The notes beneath the pieces are model-generated. The model had not been told where the DNA came from. It saw nothing but the letters and a program-made list of their open reading frames with translations, and made no database searches. A program made the translations under genes and the position numbers. From Eledone cirrhosa (Eukaryota): a stretch of 64,000 bases of DNA. The DNA lies in contig OZ024742.1 of assembly GCA_964016885.1 (NCBI GenBank), positions 83,638,001 to 83,702,000 of the forward strand, read 5' to 3'. Numbering within the stretch: the stretch's first letter is position 1; every line of letters starts with the position of its first letter. Of the stretch, positions 11,257 to 25,900 are shown piece by piece.

Positions 11257-11471
11257 GTTGTTTTTTGTTTAAAATGAAATTTTGGGTACAAAACCCCAAT
11301 AACTGGTTATTTAACCCCGAAGGGCCAAATAACGGACAGAAAGACCCCTCTCACGAGGAGGAGGGTGTCTTTATCAACAATTTGGTTCAAGTTTTAAACA
11401 ATTTACAATTGTTTTAACGGTTAAAAATTACTATACCTTACAGAGCCGAGCCTCCGTCAACCATGGCATTC

Positions 11472-11501
<30 letters not shown>
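11472..11501. repeat. (AAT)n microsatellite flanking the 5' end of Tx1 copy 2
   Basis: AAT run directly adjacent to the element boundary. Confidence 0.9.
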
Positions 11502-11505
<4 letters not shown>

Positions 11506-11846
11506 ATAACCGATAACCGAAGTTGCAGCTGCGAGTAGCAGATACGCAATCGATATTTGAAGGTTATTACAAAGTACTCAATGCTAGAGTAATCAATAAA
11601 TTATTCCTCGGTGTAATCAACATAAGTTAGGTAATAGAGACACAAATGCGACCAGAGGTGTTTTGCCACCTTAATACTGCAACAACGAAAAATACAGACA
11701 GGTTAAAGATGAACTTGAATACTGACGGGTTAAAGACGAACCTGGGGAACTTGTGTGAAGTTAGTAATTCAAACAAATTAAATTCCTATATACGTCTTTT
11801 AACACCACGTCATTATATAAATATATAATAGGTATGTCATATATAT

Positions 11847-12836
11847 TTGGTTGAGTCATAAATAATTTGTCTTTTAAAAGCAAGTTGTAACTAAGCATTT
11901 CATACTTCCAATGTTTCAAACACACCCGAAAATTACCTGATTAAAGAGAGTCTTCATCAGCCATTCTTATTTCATTAGTGAAAGAGCGCGCTTCATAATT
12001 TAATTTATGATTTCACGCCCCTAAATGGAGGTACTGAAAGTGCATATTCGATATATAATGTTGTGGGAGTTTAAGAATAACAAAATCGCTACACAAACAG
12101 CTAAGAAAATGTGTAATGTTTGTGACCAAGGGGTCAATACTGATCGCCAAATCCGAAATTGGTTTTCAAAGTTTCGTTCTGAGGATACATCATTGAGAGA
12201 TGAACCCAGACCAAGACGCTCAACAGACTTCGATCAAGATGCGTTAAGCGAATTGGTGGGATGCAATCCGAGTAAAGGTACTCGAGAATTAGAACTTTAC
12301 TTCAATACAATCCAATCCACAATCTACCGCTGCTAGGCGTTTGGGTTTCTCATACACTTAGTGAAAGAAATAAGGAAGATCGCATATCCATAGCCAGGAA
12401 TCTTATTTCAAGGCAGAGAAATGCCCTGTTTTTCAAGAATATCATTACAGATGAAGAAATATGGGTCTTTTATGACAATGTTCAATGTAAAAGGCACTGG
12501 ATTGACAAGGATAAATCTCTGCAGCTACCCTAAAGGTGGAGCTTCGTGAAAGAAATGTTATGCTGTATGTATAGTGGGATCACTGTGGTATTATTCATTT
12601 TGAGTTTTAAAATGCTCAAACAGCTTTGTCAAGAAAATCAATTAAAAACGTTTCTTGAAAACATCTTGAGCTCGAAACAAGCTGAATTTTACTTGCGAGG
12701 AATCAGAAAGTTACCTGATAAATCGCTTGAGGTGGTTCAAAATAATAGCGAATATACTATTGATTGAAATTAATTCTGTTAAATTATTTATAAATAAATT
12801 ATTTTACTAGAACGGAAATTGTTTATGATTCAACTT
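11847..12836 (+). mobile_element. Internally deleted mariner DNA transposon
   Basis: Imperfect TIRs (ttggttgagtcataaataatttg / ggaaattgtttatgattcaactt); transposase HTH fragment HIRYIMLWEF...WFSKFRSEDTSLRDEPRPRR and decayed ITDEEIWV (first D of DD34D); mariner-like C-terminus FYLRGIRKL. Confidence 0.85.
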
Positions 12837-13889
12837 CACGCAAACACACTGGGACACCCACACACTCAAACTCACAAAGAAATCATTCCCAAAGTTCAAT
12901 GACCAACGCTGGAAATCAGTATGATATCAAACTAAATTAACCAAAATATATAACATATATTTATGGTAGATCTTTCTGTAGCGGGAATAAACTTTAAAGG
13001 AAACGGAAATAGAATGTTCTACTAAGAAAGTATAAGATATATAAATATATTATAATATCATAGTAGCTCTTATAAAAAGTATGTATTTGTCACAAGTTAT
13101 TACAACCTCATTTAATGGCATTACATTGATAATATATGAACCAATCACTGAATAGGACCACTAATTGTATGAAGTATGATTACAATAAAGCAGTGAAGCC
13201 CGATAGATTGATGGTCCTGCTCAATGACGCAATCAAATTCTCGCAGTGTCCATATGTTAGTCAATACACTAGATGGGTTTGCCTTTCATCATATGACTAC
13301 TGATCGATCTGGCATAAACAATATAAACACGATAGTCCCGTACAGTTTATACAATATACAAAATCTTACAATTTCATGAAAGGCCACTACCAATATATAA
13401 AAATAATTGAGCAGTATCTAATGAAACCAGGGAACAGAAAAAAAGAAGAAAAAGAAAAATGAAAAGGAGGCAAAGAAAGAAGGATCAAGCGGCGAAAAAA
13501 TGGAGAAGGGAGGGGCTGTCAATACACCATCGCCTGAGCGCTACCCCAGCCGCAGCTATGGGCATAATAGTAAAAGCGTTAACGTGGAGATTGGCTAGAG
13601 CCACCTACTGTAACAGCCGCCCCACCTCACTGAGCTCCCTCATCAAGCGGGTTTCGGTCTTTCCTTTCCGACTTTATGGAAGAGATCAGCACTGCGGGAA
13701 CCAGCGACATCGGAAACCGGTGCAAAGATGAAGCTGAAGGTGTGTAGAGGATCTATATTATCTGTGAGTTGCACTAGAGCATCATTGCAAAATATTCAAC
13801 AACGGTAACAGGGGGCATCTTTACAAATAAATACATAAACACACAAACACGCACATACACATATATATGTGTGTGTGTCTACCGGAACA

Positions 13890-14637
13890 TAATAATAGCA
13901 CCACTGACGATGTTGCAGATGTGCAATCAAAGAACTTTGTTAGACTATATATATGTGGTTGAACGTCTGAAAGTATATACTTTCCTTGTGCACATTAACG
14001 GCTGAGCAGCCTAATTTGCATATCGAAATTTCATTTCTCACTCTTAGTACGGCACTTACTTAAATGTAAGTATGTATGTATGTATACGTACATACATATA
14101 TGTATACAGACGTACAGTAGTATGTATATATATACACACATTCACACATATATATATGCACGTATTCGTTTCATTCTATTCCATTTATCGTTTTCGGTGT
14201 GCCCGGCCGACTGAACTCACTTGATATGCAAATTAGGCTGCTCAGCCGTTAATATGCATAAGGAAAGTATATACTTTCAGACGTTCAACCATCTGGCAGG
14301 AAGGTATACGATGCTGACGATAGCTAGATAGCTAATAAGCTTGAAACTACTACATCGTTCCTGTGTCAGTGTTGAACAAAAAGGTGACGTGGTTGCCTAA
14401 ACACTGTACGTGGTAATTCGGGCTGTTTGTTTGTTTACAAACAAACAAAACGTGCATTATAATAAATGTTCGGTAAACCGATACGTGCATATATATATGT
14501 GTGCATGTGCGTATATATATATACATACTACTGTACGTCTGTATACATATATGTATGTACGTATACATACATACATACTTACATTTAAGTAAGTGCCGTA
14601 CTAAGAGTGAGAAATGAAATTTCGTTTCATTCTATTC
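13890..14637 (+). mobile_element. Non-autonomous PLE pLTR/retrozyme-like element with inverted segments
   Basis: Direct repeat ttcgtttcattctattc at ~14165 and ~14621; 13955-14023 is the inverse of 14223-14292; 14024-14165 is the inverse of 14480-14626; contains a hammerhead core; ends in (TA)n. Confidence 0.7.
14308..14358 (+). ncRNA. Minimal type I hammerhead ribozyme motif
   Basis: acgatg-CTGACGA-tagct..agctt-GAAA-ctac-TA-catcgt; 6-bp stem I; stem III is one change away from the palindrome ACTAGT. Confidence 0.7.
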
Positions 14638-14974
14638 TATATATATATACATATATATAAACATATATATACATATATATATAAACATATATATACATAT
14701 ATACATATATATACTATATATACATATATATATATATATAAACATATATATACATAGTGTATACATACATATATTCATATACTTCCTATATGTATATAGT
14801 GTATATATATATATATATGTGTGTATGTGTTTATATATATATAGACATATATATATATAAGTATACATATACTTATATAAATATATATAAGTATATACAT
14901 ATATACTTATATATATATAGGTATATTTATACATATACACATACGTATATATCTACACCTATATCTACATATCT

Positions 14975-15058
<84 letters not shown>

Positions 15059-15382
15059 ATATATACGTCCATATACACACTATATAGAAAAGAAATAACA
15101 CCTACATATAAATTGATGATGATAGAGAACCAAGATGTGAATTAGAGTAAGATAAAAAAAAAACACTAAAACAAAACAAATCGCCTTTAGGATAATACAA
15201 CACAAAACAGCAGACAAAAATACCAAAACACGATACTCCAAACACAAAAGAAAAATAACATTAGACTTTATGAGATATTCTGAAAGTCTAATAATGTGTG
15301 AAAAGCCGAAAGAATTCTCTTTGTACATTGATAGACGCCAATAACTTCTTTAAGTATAATGTCTATTATATTCTTATATATA

Positions 15383-15457
<75 letters not shown>

Positions 15458-15528
15458 ATATATATATGTATGTATATATATATATTTATATATATATGTA
15501 TAATATATGTATATATATATAATATATG

Positions 15529-15563
<35 letters not shown>

Positions 15564-16282
15564 ATGTAAGTGTGTATGTATGTGCGTATATATATAGAGA
15601 GAGAGGGGGGGAGAAAGTGAGTGAGTGAGAGATGCGCACACATACCTATACATGTATACACGCGCAAACATATTTCTAACGCCTTCATTTTTGAGCAACT
15701 CTGTATATATTATGTAGACACATGCATAGACACACACTTATATGATTATATACATATATATATCTATATATATATATATTTATACATGCATATACATATT
15801 TGTACATATGTATATACGTATATATATATACATATATACATATATATATATGGGGGGGGGGGGTATATATACATTTATATATGTATATATGTGTGTGTGT
15901 GTATAATATATATATATCCATACATACGTGTGAGAATATGCGTTTCTTTGCGTACGTATGTATGTGAGTGGGGGGGGGGTTGTATACCTCGCTTTATTTT
16001 GTTTGTTTTCTTTGTTATTTTTTTATTGATATAATAACGGTTAAAATATATTATCATTAACCATGTTCAATGATCAGTGAAAGGTAGGTGTTGCTGCGGT
16101 GGACCATATCCTGTAAAATACTTTAGGAATACACTAGGAGAAAATAACATGAATAAATATATATAAAAACAACTTATACGAAAATGTATAAAGAAGCAAA
16201 ACAAAGGGCTAAACATAAGATACTGATAATAATACTGATAATGTGGCAGACGGTGAAGGTGGTGATAATGTTGTTAATGTTG

Positions 16283-16283
16283 T

Positions 16284-16329
<46 letters not shown>

Positions 16330-16482
16330 GAAGAAGAAGAAGAAGAAGAAGAAGAAGAAGAAGAAGAAGAAGAAGAAGAAGAAGAAGAAGAAGAAGAAGA
16401 AGAAGAAGAAGAAGAAGAAGAAGAAGAAGAAGAAGAAGAAGAAGAAGAAGAAGAAGAAGAAGAAGAAGAAGAAGAAGAAGAA
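16283..16482. repeat. Compound (GAT)n(GAA)n microsatellite
   Basis: Direct inspection. Confidence 0.95.
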
Positions 16483-19194
16483 GGCGACGACGTTGATGAT
16501 ATTGACGATGATGATGTTGAAATGTAATAATAAGAAGAAACGATATTGATAATAAATCAATTGTAGGGGAGAAGAAGATAAGTACGATCTATGGAAAGTA
16601 AGATGAAAAAGAAGTTGAAAGAAAGAAAGAAAAAAAGAAAGAAAGAAGAAAGGAAAGAAAGAAAGGAAGAAAGAAATGAAAGATAGAAGGAAATTCTTGT
16701 AAGAAAATAAATATTTCTGAAAGTAAGATATAGGATGAATGAATACCTGATTTTTACAGACTGATGGCAGTAATAAAACTTATTGACATCGAAGTTATTT
16801 GATTTATACATACAGAGATAAAGTCGTTATTCTTGCACCAAATAGAAAAGAAATAAAAGAAATATATGTCGAGAGAAACAGAGAAATATATTCTCAAATA
16901 GAATTTTATTCGTTACACATTATGAATCTATAAAGATACACAGACGCACACATAAACATATTTAGATTTACGTAGGAAGTTTGTCGTATGCTTGTTGTGA
17001 GACCCATAAAGAGACGTGTTCAAATAAGCCTGTTGAAACTTTAACGCTTACAACAGCAATATATAACGTACCTCAGCCATAGAGCTTGATTCTGGTTACT
17101 AGTTTGACTAAGTAAAACATCGATTTGTTTCGTTTCAATGAAGAAGCCTCTACGGAGGTGCTTATTTGCTAAAAATAAATCGTGCTCAATTAAAGCATTG
17201 TTTAAAGCGTCCGAGATACGTAATATCTGAAAACCAAAGATAGGTTTGTCACAGCTGACATCTTTGATCATGTCAGCTTGATTAGAGCCGACCCTGGGAC
17301 AAATATCTAGAACAGCATAAATTATGTTGCAACTAGAACTGATGCTTGTAAAGCTATTTTGTGAAATATACGCTTTATATATATTTAAAAGTATGTATAT
17401 ATGATATAATATTTATTAACAAAAAATCAATTTACTTTTAAAACATGAAAATCAATAACATATATTTCTAATTTGAAAAGATCTTTAAATAACTTTTAGG
17501 TAACAGATAAACATGTAATATAATGTGATATTGATCGCAAAATATCAATCAAATATATTGAAAGATAGCCATTGAATCAATACCAGATCAGGCATGCTTT
17601 TGATAGTCAATGATAAAGGAAAAAAACCACGGAAAATGATTTTTTTCTGGTTTAGTATTCACACATACAGCTAGACTTTTGTAAATATATTTTTGTGTAA
17701 ACAAAAATTATTGAATCTATTTATCTAAAAATATAAATTTATGATATAGCTATTAAGGTTTCCTCTCACTTAAAATATCATTATTCTATAAGTAGAGAAG
17801 CATAGACGATGTTATAGAAAATGATATTAAATATAAACGTACGTCTTTCATATATGTTCTGATACAACTGGAGATATAAGAATGTACTTTGAGTAAGTTT
17901 TTAAGCACAAAGAAAACACGCGTAATGTGTCAATGAAATGAAATTTTGAGCTATCGCCAGCATAGCACACAATTTCATTTCATTGAGTATTATTTCACTT
18001 TATATTATTTGAATCATTGCAGGATGTGAATAGATTTATATAAGCAAAAAGAAACCTTCAAAAAGAATAATACTGACATATCACGACCCGTTTTTCAAAG
18101 TAATAAAGAAATGTGTAACTAAAACTGTTACAAGAAATTCCTACGAGGATGTAAGCTGAGAATAGAATTCATATATTCATTACAAGAATTGCATTTATTA
18201 TTTATACTATTTTCTGTCACAGCCACATTACTTGGGCGGGGGCACGTATAATCAAGTGGATTAACCTTAACATTTAACTGGTGCATATTTTAGACATCTG
18301 CAGAAGGATGAAGGAAGTCGACTATGACAGAAATTGATCTCTGAACTTATAGGATGGAACTAAACAACGCAAGACAATTCACCCAATGCTCTAACGATTA
18401 TGTCGCCTTACCGCATTGAATATTCCACAGTGGAGTAACAGAACCTATTCAAATGATTTCGGGAATAACTGATTTACTGATCTTAGATTTTTTTTCCCAT
18501 TATGTTCAAAGTCCAGATCTTATCATCATCGACTTCACTTTCATGTTTTTAAATCGATAAAATAAAAACGAGTACTATAGCAGATCAGATGTATACTTTA
18601 TTGAATTCTTTTTTCGTAATATGGCAGAGTCGTACAACCTAGAATAGATTGCTTCGCGGTATTCGCTCCAGTCCTCTGAGTTCAAATTCTACCGAGATCA
18701 TTGTTCCTTTCATTATTTCGGGATCGATAAATAAAGTACTAGTTCAACGCTGAGGTATATTCTTTTTTAGAGAATTTATAATTCTATCTCTTTTGGGGGA
18801 AAAAACGAACTTTATTTAGACCCGGAGAAGGATGGATGAATATACTCTGTATGTCACAACTATGTCCTTACGATTCCACCAGGAGTTTCGGGTCTATATA
18901 TGCATACATTTTGTATTGAGGATAAAACAAAAAATCTCTAAGAACTGGAAGAGGGAAACTATCATCCATTCCTTGGTTTATCTTACTGAAATTTATCCAG
19001 CAAGAGCTCACTTTCACTCGAATCAGCCCAAATATGAATTTATCAACTTTCACATGCATAATTTGTATGTCGAAAAGGTTATAAATAAAAACGATATCGG
19101 TAAGCAGTCTTCACTATTTACATCTTTCAGTACAATATCATAATCCAGGAAACGTGGTAGTGGGGATGCAGAGATTTTATCATCAACGCGTGAA

Positions 19195-19233
<39 letters not shown>

Positions 19234-19300
19234 GTTATTCCGGGTTGAATCGGAGGTAACCACAGTAAGTAATGTACTCAATACATTGCAGAGTATAAAA

Positions 19301-19388
<88 letters not shown>

Positions 19389-19482
19389 ATATATATATAT
19401 ATATATATAAATATATATATATATAGATGAGATTCTACAGGACTAGAACTGTTTCATTCTTTAGAAATGATCAGGAATCACT

Positions 19483-19531
19483 GATTCCTGATGATTTCTA
19501 AAGAATGAAACAGTTCTAGTCCTGTAGAATC
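19483..19531 (+). ncRNA. Type I hammerhead ribozyme motif inside a 111-bp palindrome (19426-19536)
   Basis: gattc-CTGATGA-tttctaaagaat-GAAA-cag(ttctagtc)ctg-TA-gaatc; stems I, II and III all pair. Confidence 0.8.
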
Positions 19532-19536
19532 TCATC

Positions 19537-19659
<123 letters not shown>

Positions 19660-19697
19660 AGGAAGTTATAGTTCACTTGAAGCATTGTGTAATGAGG

Positions 19698-20103
19698 TAT
19701 AAACGTTTGTATATGTATAATAAAGCCAAAACAATGCAGGTATCGACATAGAATAAAGAATGCAAATGCAAAAGATATTGTTGACAATTAGTCTTTTACC
19801 TTAGATTTATTTAAATGTACTTAATTTTTGAGATAATATCTCTTCTGCGGAGGGAAGTAAAGCGGTTAAACCAGTGTTCTAAATAGCTTGCCAAGTCATG
19901 CTGACAGGAAGACTTGGAAAGCTATTTCGAACACTGGTTTAACCGCTTTACTTCCCTCTGAATAAGAGATATTATCTCGAAAATTAGGGACATTTAAATA
20001 AATCTAAGGTAAAAGACTAATTGTCAACAATATCTTTTGCATTTGCATTCTTTATTCTATGTCCATACCTGCATTGTTTTGGCTTTATTATACATATACA
20101 AAC

Positions 20104-20110
<7 letters not shown>
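19698..20110. repeat. ~410-bp near-perfect palindrome next to (TA)n
   Basis: Arms of ~205 bp are reverse complements with few mismatches; centre near 19903. Confidence 0.9.
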
Positions 20111-20157
<47 letters not shown>

Positions 20158-21516
20158 TGTTGAAGACAGATTGAAACGACACAAGCCGAACAAACAAGCC
20201 TTATCTGATCTTGAGTCATCCATTCAAGATGCAGATGCAATGAACAAACGACATTCGTGCTAATATGCTCAGTGATACGAGGTAAAAGAAAGAGTTATAG
20301 GTTTGGAGAAAAGGGAGAAAATTCGAGCCAAAATTATGGAAGGTATTGATGGACAGAATTTATCACAGTAGGAAATATGAAGGCAAGTTTAGAAAAAGCA
20401 ATGCGTAACGTCAAAAACTTATGCATAGAGTTTATGCATAGTTTTAGTTTTGTGCGAGTACACAAAATCTTAATGTTTCTGAATCCGTTTGGGAGAAATT
20501 ATTCATCCTTCATAATTTTACATTTTCGGTCATCTTCAAGTAATAGTAGAAAGGTGTCGGGTGATGGTTCTCGTACGTTTTGAAGTCATATTTATATCCA
20601 GTGGTTTCCTGTCAGTTTCTTAGTCGGAATGGTAAGCACGCCATCTCATTTTGTTTATGAATCTATTTGTTTTTTTAATAAACATTTCTGGTATATCTTC
20701 CTATTTGGTATTCCTATATTTCTTTATATAAATGTCCATGTTTATGTATTGCTTGTGGCTGGTGGAGCTCTAACCTTGTAGGAGGTGTTGAATATATAAG
20801 GTTTAGTTCTAGTGATCTTGATATTACACAAAGAGAGGGAGAACACTATATTGTTAAAAGACAATATATATGATATATCTATAGATAGATAGATAAGTAT
20901 ATAGATAGATAAATAATGATCACACACTGATGCGCTCACATGGAAGCACATATAAAAACATGTACACGTTCATACTTGTACACACATCTAGTTCAGACAT
21001 GCAATAATATAATGAACTCTCTGTAGCCTCCAGATAAAAGAAATGAACTTATAAAAAGAAGAATATAAAAATAAACTAAGATATTAAAAAACGACAAAAT
21101 TTACAAAAAAAAGAAAAGGAAAATAAAACAATCATTTGTATGAAAAGTCTATTTTCTGTGTATTTCGGGTTTTTCGTTTTCAACGTAACTGTTGACTGAA
21201 TCTTTATTTAGATTTTTAGTAATTGGTAAGTAAATTAGCAGTGGAAATACTTTTGAGAACGAAAAGCCTGTTGACGGAATGGAAGTTTTCCGATTTTAAA
21301 ATAAGAATCTAGTCTCAAACCACCATGGTCGTTTGTTTGTATTTCTCTGAAATTTGTGAAAAGTTTGAAACTAAAATGCTTATTTATTTTGATACAGTAG
21401 CATATAGAAGCACTCAGATATAATACATCTTTGGAAGGAGAAAGCACGCAAGAAGACAGAAAGGAACGATATATATAAAATTAGAATTTTATTTCTCGCC
21501 CTAGCACATGTGCATA

Positions 21517-21574
<58 letters not shown>

Positions 21575-21586
21575 TATGAACATGTG

Positions 21587-21642
<56 letters not shown>

Positions 21643-21718
21643 TTATTTATTTATTTATTTATTTATATATATATATTTGGCCACAGCCAAAGCTTCGATT
21701 TTACTAAGCTTCCACTTG

Positions 21719-21856
<138 letters not shown>

Positions 21857-21941
21857 CGTGTGTGTGTACTTGCGGGCGTGTTTGAGTGTCTTTAGCAATA
21901 TAGACACGTTAGATCGTGTCTTTCTATATAACATTTATATG

Positions 21942-21974
<33 letters not shown>

Positions 21975-22029
21975 CTGTATACATACATATATATATACAT
22001 TATATATATATATAGATATATATATATAG

Positions 22030-22087
<58 letters not shown>

Positions 22088-22095
22088 CAATAGGC

Positions 22096-22169
<74 letters not shown>

Positions 22170-22510
22170 GCCTATTGACATACTTTCTTCTTAATACAAT
22201 TGACACATTTGAAATACCTTAGCAACTTGTATATAGGAAATCGAAAATCTAGTCATTTGATTTGGTAGTGTTTGAAAGTGCCAAGTGATTCCTTTTACTA
22301 TGTTTATTGAACAAGTTTCATAAAGTCCTTATATAGATCAGATGTAGTTTAAAATGGCATACCATTGGGAAAATGTTTATGGAAGGTGAATTGTTTGGCG
22401 AGAATACCACAACTTTTAGGTTTAGCTGTTGGCACACTTGTGTTTAGATGATGCCCAAATGTAATAAAAATAATCTTTACACACAACCTACGTTCAGGCA
22501 TTGTAACAGG

Positions 22511-22584
<74 letters not shown>

Positions 22585-22587
<3 letters not shown>

Positions 22588-22950
22588 ATTATATTGTACA
22601 AGCGTAGGTCGGAGATCAGAGAGTCACTACAGGTAGAGCCGATACTTCTCTGAATTGAGAGATCACAACTCCGATACTATGGGCATTTTTGTTAGAACGT
22701 CTCAGTAAAGAATCACTAGACAGACATTACGGCCAAAACCAACCGGCAGGAGACCTAGGGGTAGAACCCGAGCAAGATGGTTGGATAACGTCCATGCGTT
22801 TGGCAGGTCTCGCTTGTGGATCCTGCCGGATTAGTTGGAGACATTGCTTCTGACAAGACCCGCTGGAAGAAATGTTTGATGACTTTGCCCCCACGACCCT
22901 CTCAGGAATAAGTGGGCGAAAAAGAAGGAGAAGAACAACAACAACAACTA
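22585..22950 (+). mobile_element. 3' fragment of an RTE-clade LINE
   Basis: Decayed translation IERSQLRYYGH...GRRPRGRTRARW...DKTRWKKCLMTLPPRPSQE* followed by a short repeat tail. Confidence 0.75.
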
Positions 22951-25900
22951 CTACACATTATCCACTTCCTTTTGTAACCGTTGCGCTATTTCCTCCTTTT
23001 TCTTACCGCAGCACGCGATAGCAAGATCATCGGCGTATGCGCTGACATGTGTTATGTTGTCGAATTGATCGAGTAGACCATTTATGAAGATTGTGAAAAG
23101 CATTGGTGAAAGGACGGAACCTTTCGGTAGCCCTTCTTTAAATAGGCGACTGCGACCAGTGGTCCCATTAATTCGGACTCTTGCTTTACGGTTTGTAAAC
23201 CAGGCGGATAACCACTCGACGAAACGCAGGGGAATGCCAAGCCTCATCATATCTGGCAACAGTCTTGTTCTCCACACACGATCATACGCATGGCTTAAGT
23301 CGAAGAATGTAGCAACGATGCGGTTTCGATCCAACGACTGGAACCCATCTGAAATTAACTGGGACAATCGGAGGCACTGATCGATGGTGCTGCGGCCCTT
23401 TCTGAAACCAGCTTACCAGGGACTAAGAATGGAGTGTTCCTCTAGCCATCAAGTTAACCGGTTCGCAATCAAACGCTCTAAGAGCTTCCCTATCGTTGAG
23501 GTTAGCGCAATTGGTCGATAACTCCCCACGTCCGCCGAATCTTTCCCTTTTTTATGAAAGGGAACGATAGTCACCATTCGCCAATCTGTGGGCACCAATT
23601 CTTCAACCAGCTGAAATTTAGTAAGTCTAACAATGTTTTTAAGGTCGTTGGTGGTAGGCGTTTTAGGAGATCTCGTGCTATCTGGTCGAGACCAGCCGCT
23701 TTCCCGGCTTTTATTTGGTTCAATGCTTTCTGTAGTTCGTCGATAGTGAAGGCTGCTTCAATCTTATGTCTTGGTGAGTTTCGAGCACCCTGGATGTTGA
23801 GTCGTAACCCCGGTACATCTTTCCTAGTGTTTTTATCTGGCTTTCTTCCGTTAATTGCGGCATACTCTTGAATGAAAGCTGCAGCCTTCGATCGGTCGCT
23901 AGCATGGGTCGCCCCTTTGTATAGTATGGACTTGCTGTTGTTTGCGCAGCCTTTTCCTGACAACGATCGATCTACTGATCAGGCCCTTTTACTATCTTTC
24001 GTCTCGGATATCGTCTGTAGGTGTTTCCGCCAGGCATCCCTCTGCGTGAGGTCTACAACCACTCTTTGCGATTGTTCTTAAGATCTCGCCTGAGACGATT
24101 GCGTTTTTTATCAGACTTTTTAACTCCGTTGTCATTCATGGGCATTCATTCTTACGAATGGCCTTCAGGGGAACTGCCACGGTTTCTGCCTTTTTAAGGA
24201 GTGTGAGAAGTGCTGCCAATTTACTTGAGGAGTGAGACTTCATCGGAGACTTTGTTAATTCCCTCTTCAACAAATTCCCGGAATTTTGGCCTGTCTGCTT
24301 TTTGATAGTTTCTCCGTGGTTTCTGTCGTGGTCGTTCTACCTGAAGATCGACACCCCAGTGGATAACGATTGGAAGATGATCTGAGCCGAGATCATTCAT
24401 AGTATACCATGAGAATTGTTTGACTGAGTCTAGATCTACTATTGTAAGATCTGGTGCCCTTATTCCTGCTCCCTGCTGGAGCGGCTCGCGTCGGGGTTCC
24501 ATCATTTAGAATGGATTTGGAGTTGTCTTCAAGCCAGTTGATGATATCTGAACCGCGGGTGTCAGCTTTTGCAAACTGGTCCCACATCGAATGGTGAACA
24601 TTGAGATCTCCGCAGATAATTCCTCGTTCGTTTGATTGGTTGTTGATCCAGGCGTTGTTATTCGACGGCTGTTGGACATAGCCAGATTTCTGTGGTGGCA
24701 GGTAGGCCTTTGTGACGGAAAACTGACGTCTACTGGTTAGGTGGATGACAATCAGTTGTTGTTCCAGGGGGCTTGTGTTCACACGCGGTGGTACCGAGTA
24801 CTGTATTCCCTGCCGGATGTAGATCATCAGTCCACCGCCACGGTGGTGTAATGTACTGCTGCCTGGCCAGTCCTGGCGAATTGCGTCATAGCCGTTAATT
24901 GTAGGAGTTGGATCTTCATGCCCTAATTTGGTTTCTTGGATAGCTGCAATGTCTATATTGTGTTTCAATACGAACTCTTTTAATTCTATTATTTTGGATG
25001 GAAGGAAATCTGCATTCCATTGTAAAAATTGGAGCTTACGTACAGTCGTTCTTGGCATTTGTCACGTACTGTCGTAGGTGCTGTCTGATCTAGGGTGGTT
25101 GGGGCTGCATGTCCATTCGTCGTGATGTCGTAGCCGTTCTAATGCATATCTTATCTTGTTTCAGGTGCGCACTTGAGATGGAATGTGCGGTGATAAGTTT
25201 TGCATATAAGCGTTTTTTTTGAGTGAGCTAGACGACGTTTACAAGTAGGACAGTCGGTGTTAATGGATGCAGCGACTTGTGGGACTTGAGTGGAGTTGGG
25301 TGAGTTTACTACAGATGTATTATGTACATGGGGGATGGTAATGCTCGATGTGCTGTGGGCTAAAATTACATTATCGTTAGTGGGGGACATTGTTGGTGAT
25401 AAGATATTATGTGGTGAGTGGGCTGGATAGTGATAGCATGGAGTAAAGAAGTTAAACTCCCACTTAAGACATCAAAATGCGAGTCAACCTTCTTTGGAAC
25501 ATCCAGTGCAGAAGCGGGATGGCAACCAAATATTACTATTGATGGGGTAAGACTATCCTTTAACCCTAATCCCGTCTTTTGGGGCGTCACATATGATAAA
25601 AGACTCTCCTTTGGGGAACTTGTAAAAAGGATCTGCCAAAAACTTCAACAGCGCGTCAACATCATGCGCACTCTTAGGGCTGGCATACTGCAGATATTCG
25701 TCAAGTATACATCGCAGTACACCGCAGCCTGGCCGAGAACGGCTCCCCAGACTGGAATCCCTGGTTGTCAGCCACTAACATCGGCAAGCTTGAAAGAGCA
25801 CAACTAGAAGCAGCTCGAGCGATCACTGGACATGTACGCACAACACCAACTGAGGCTGTCCTACTTGAAGCACACCTTCCACCGTTGGAATGCCGCTTTC

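Larger units (their letters stand above)
5474..11471 (-). mobile_element. Tx1/L1-clade non-LTR retrotransposon, copy 2 (apparently full length, ~6 kb)
   Basis: 5' UTR, ORF1, ORF2, and 3' UTR ending AATAAAGAAATC-(ATT)n; (AAT)n on both sides. Confidence 0.93.

Noticed and set aside
13459-13731. GC-richer 90-aa ORF
   Set aside because: No recognisable motif; possibly a LINE 3' remnant but cannot be assigned
14632-16560. Many ORFs of YI, CV, HT, poly-E/K/F type here and throughout the window
   Set aside because: Translations of TA, TG, TACA and GAA microsatellites; no coding signal
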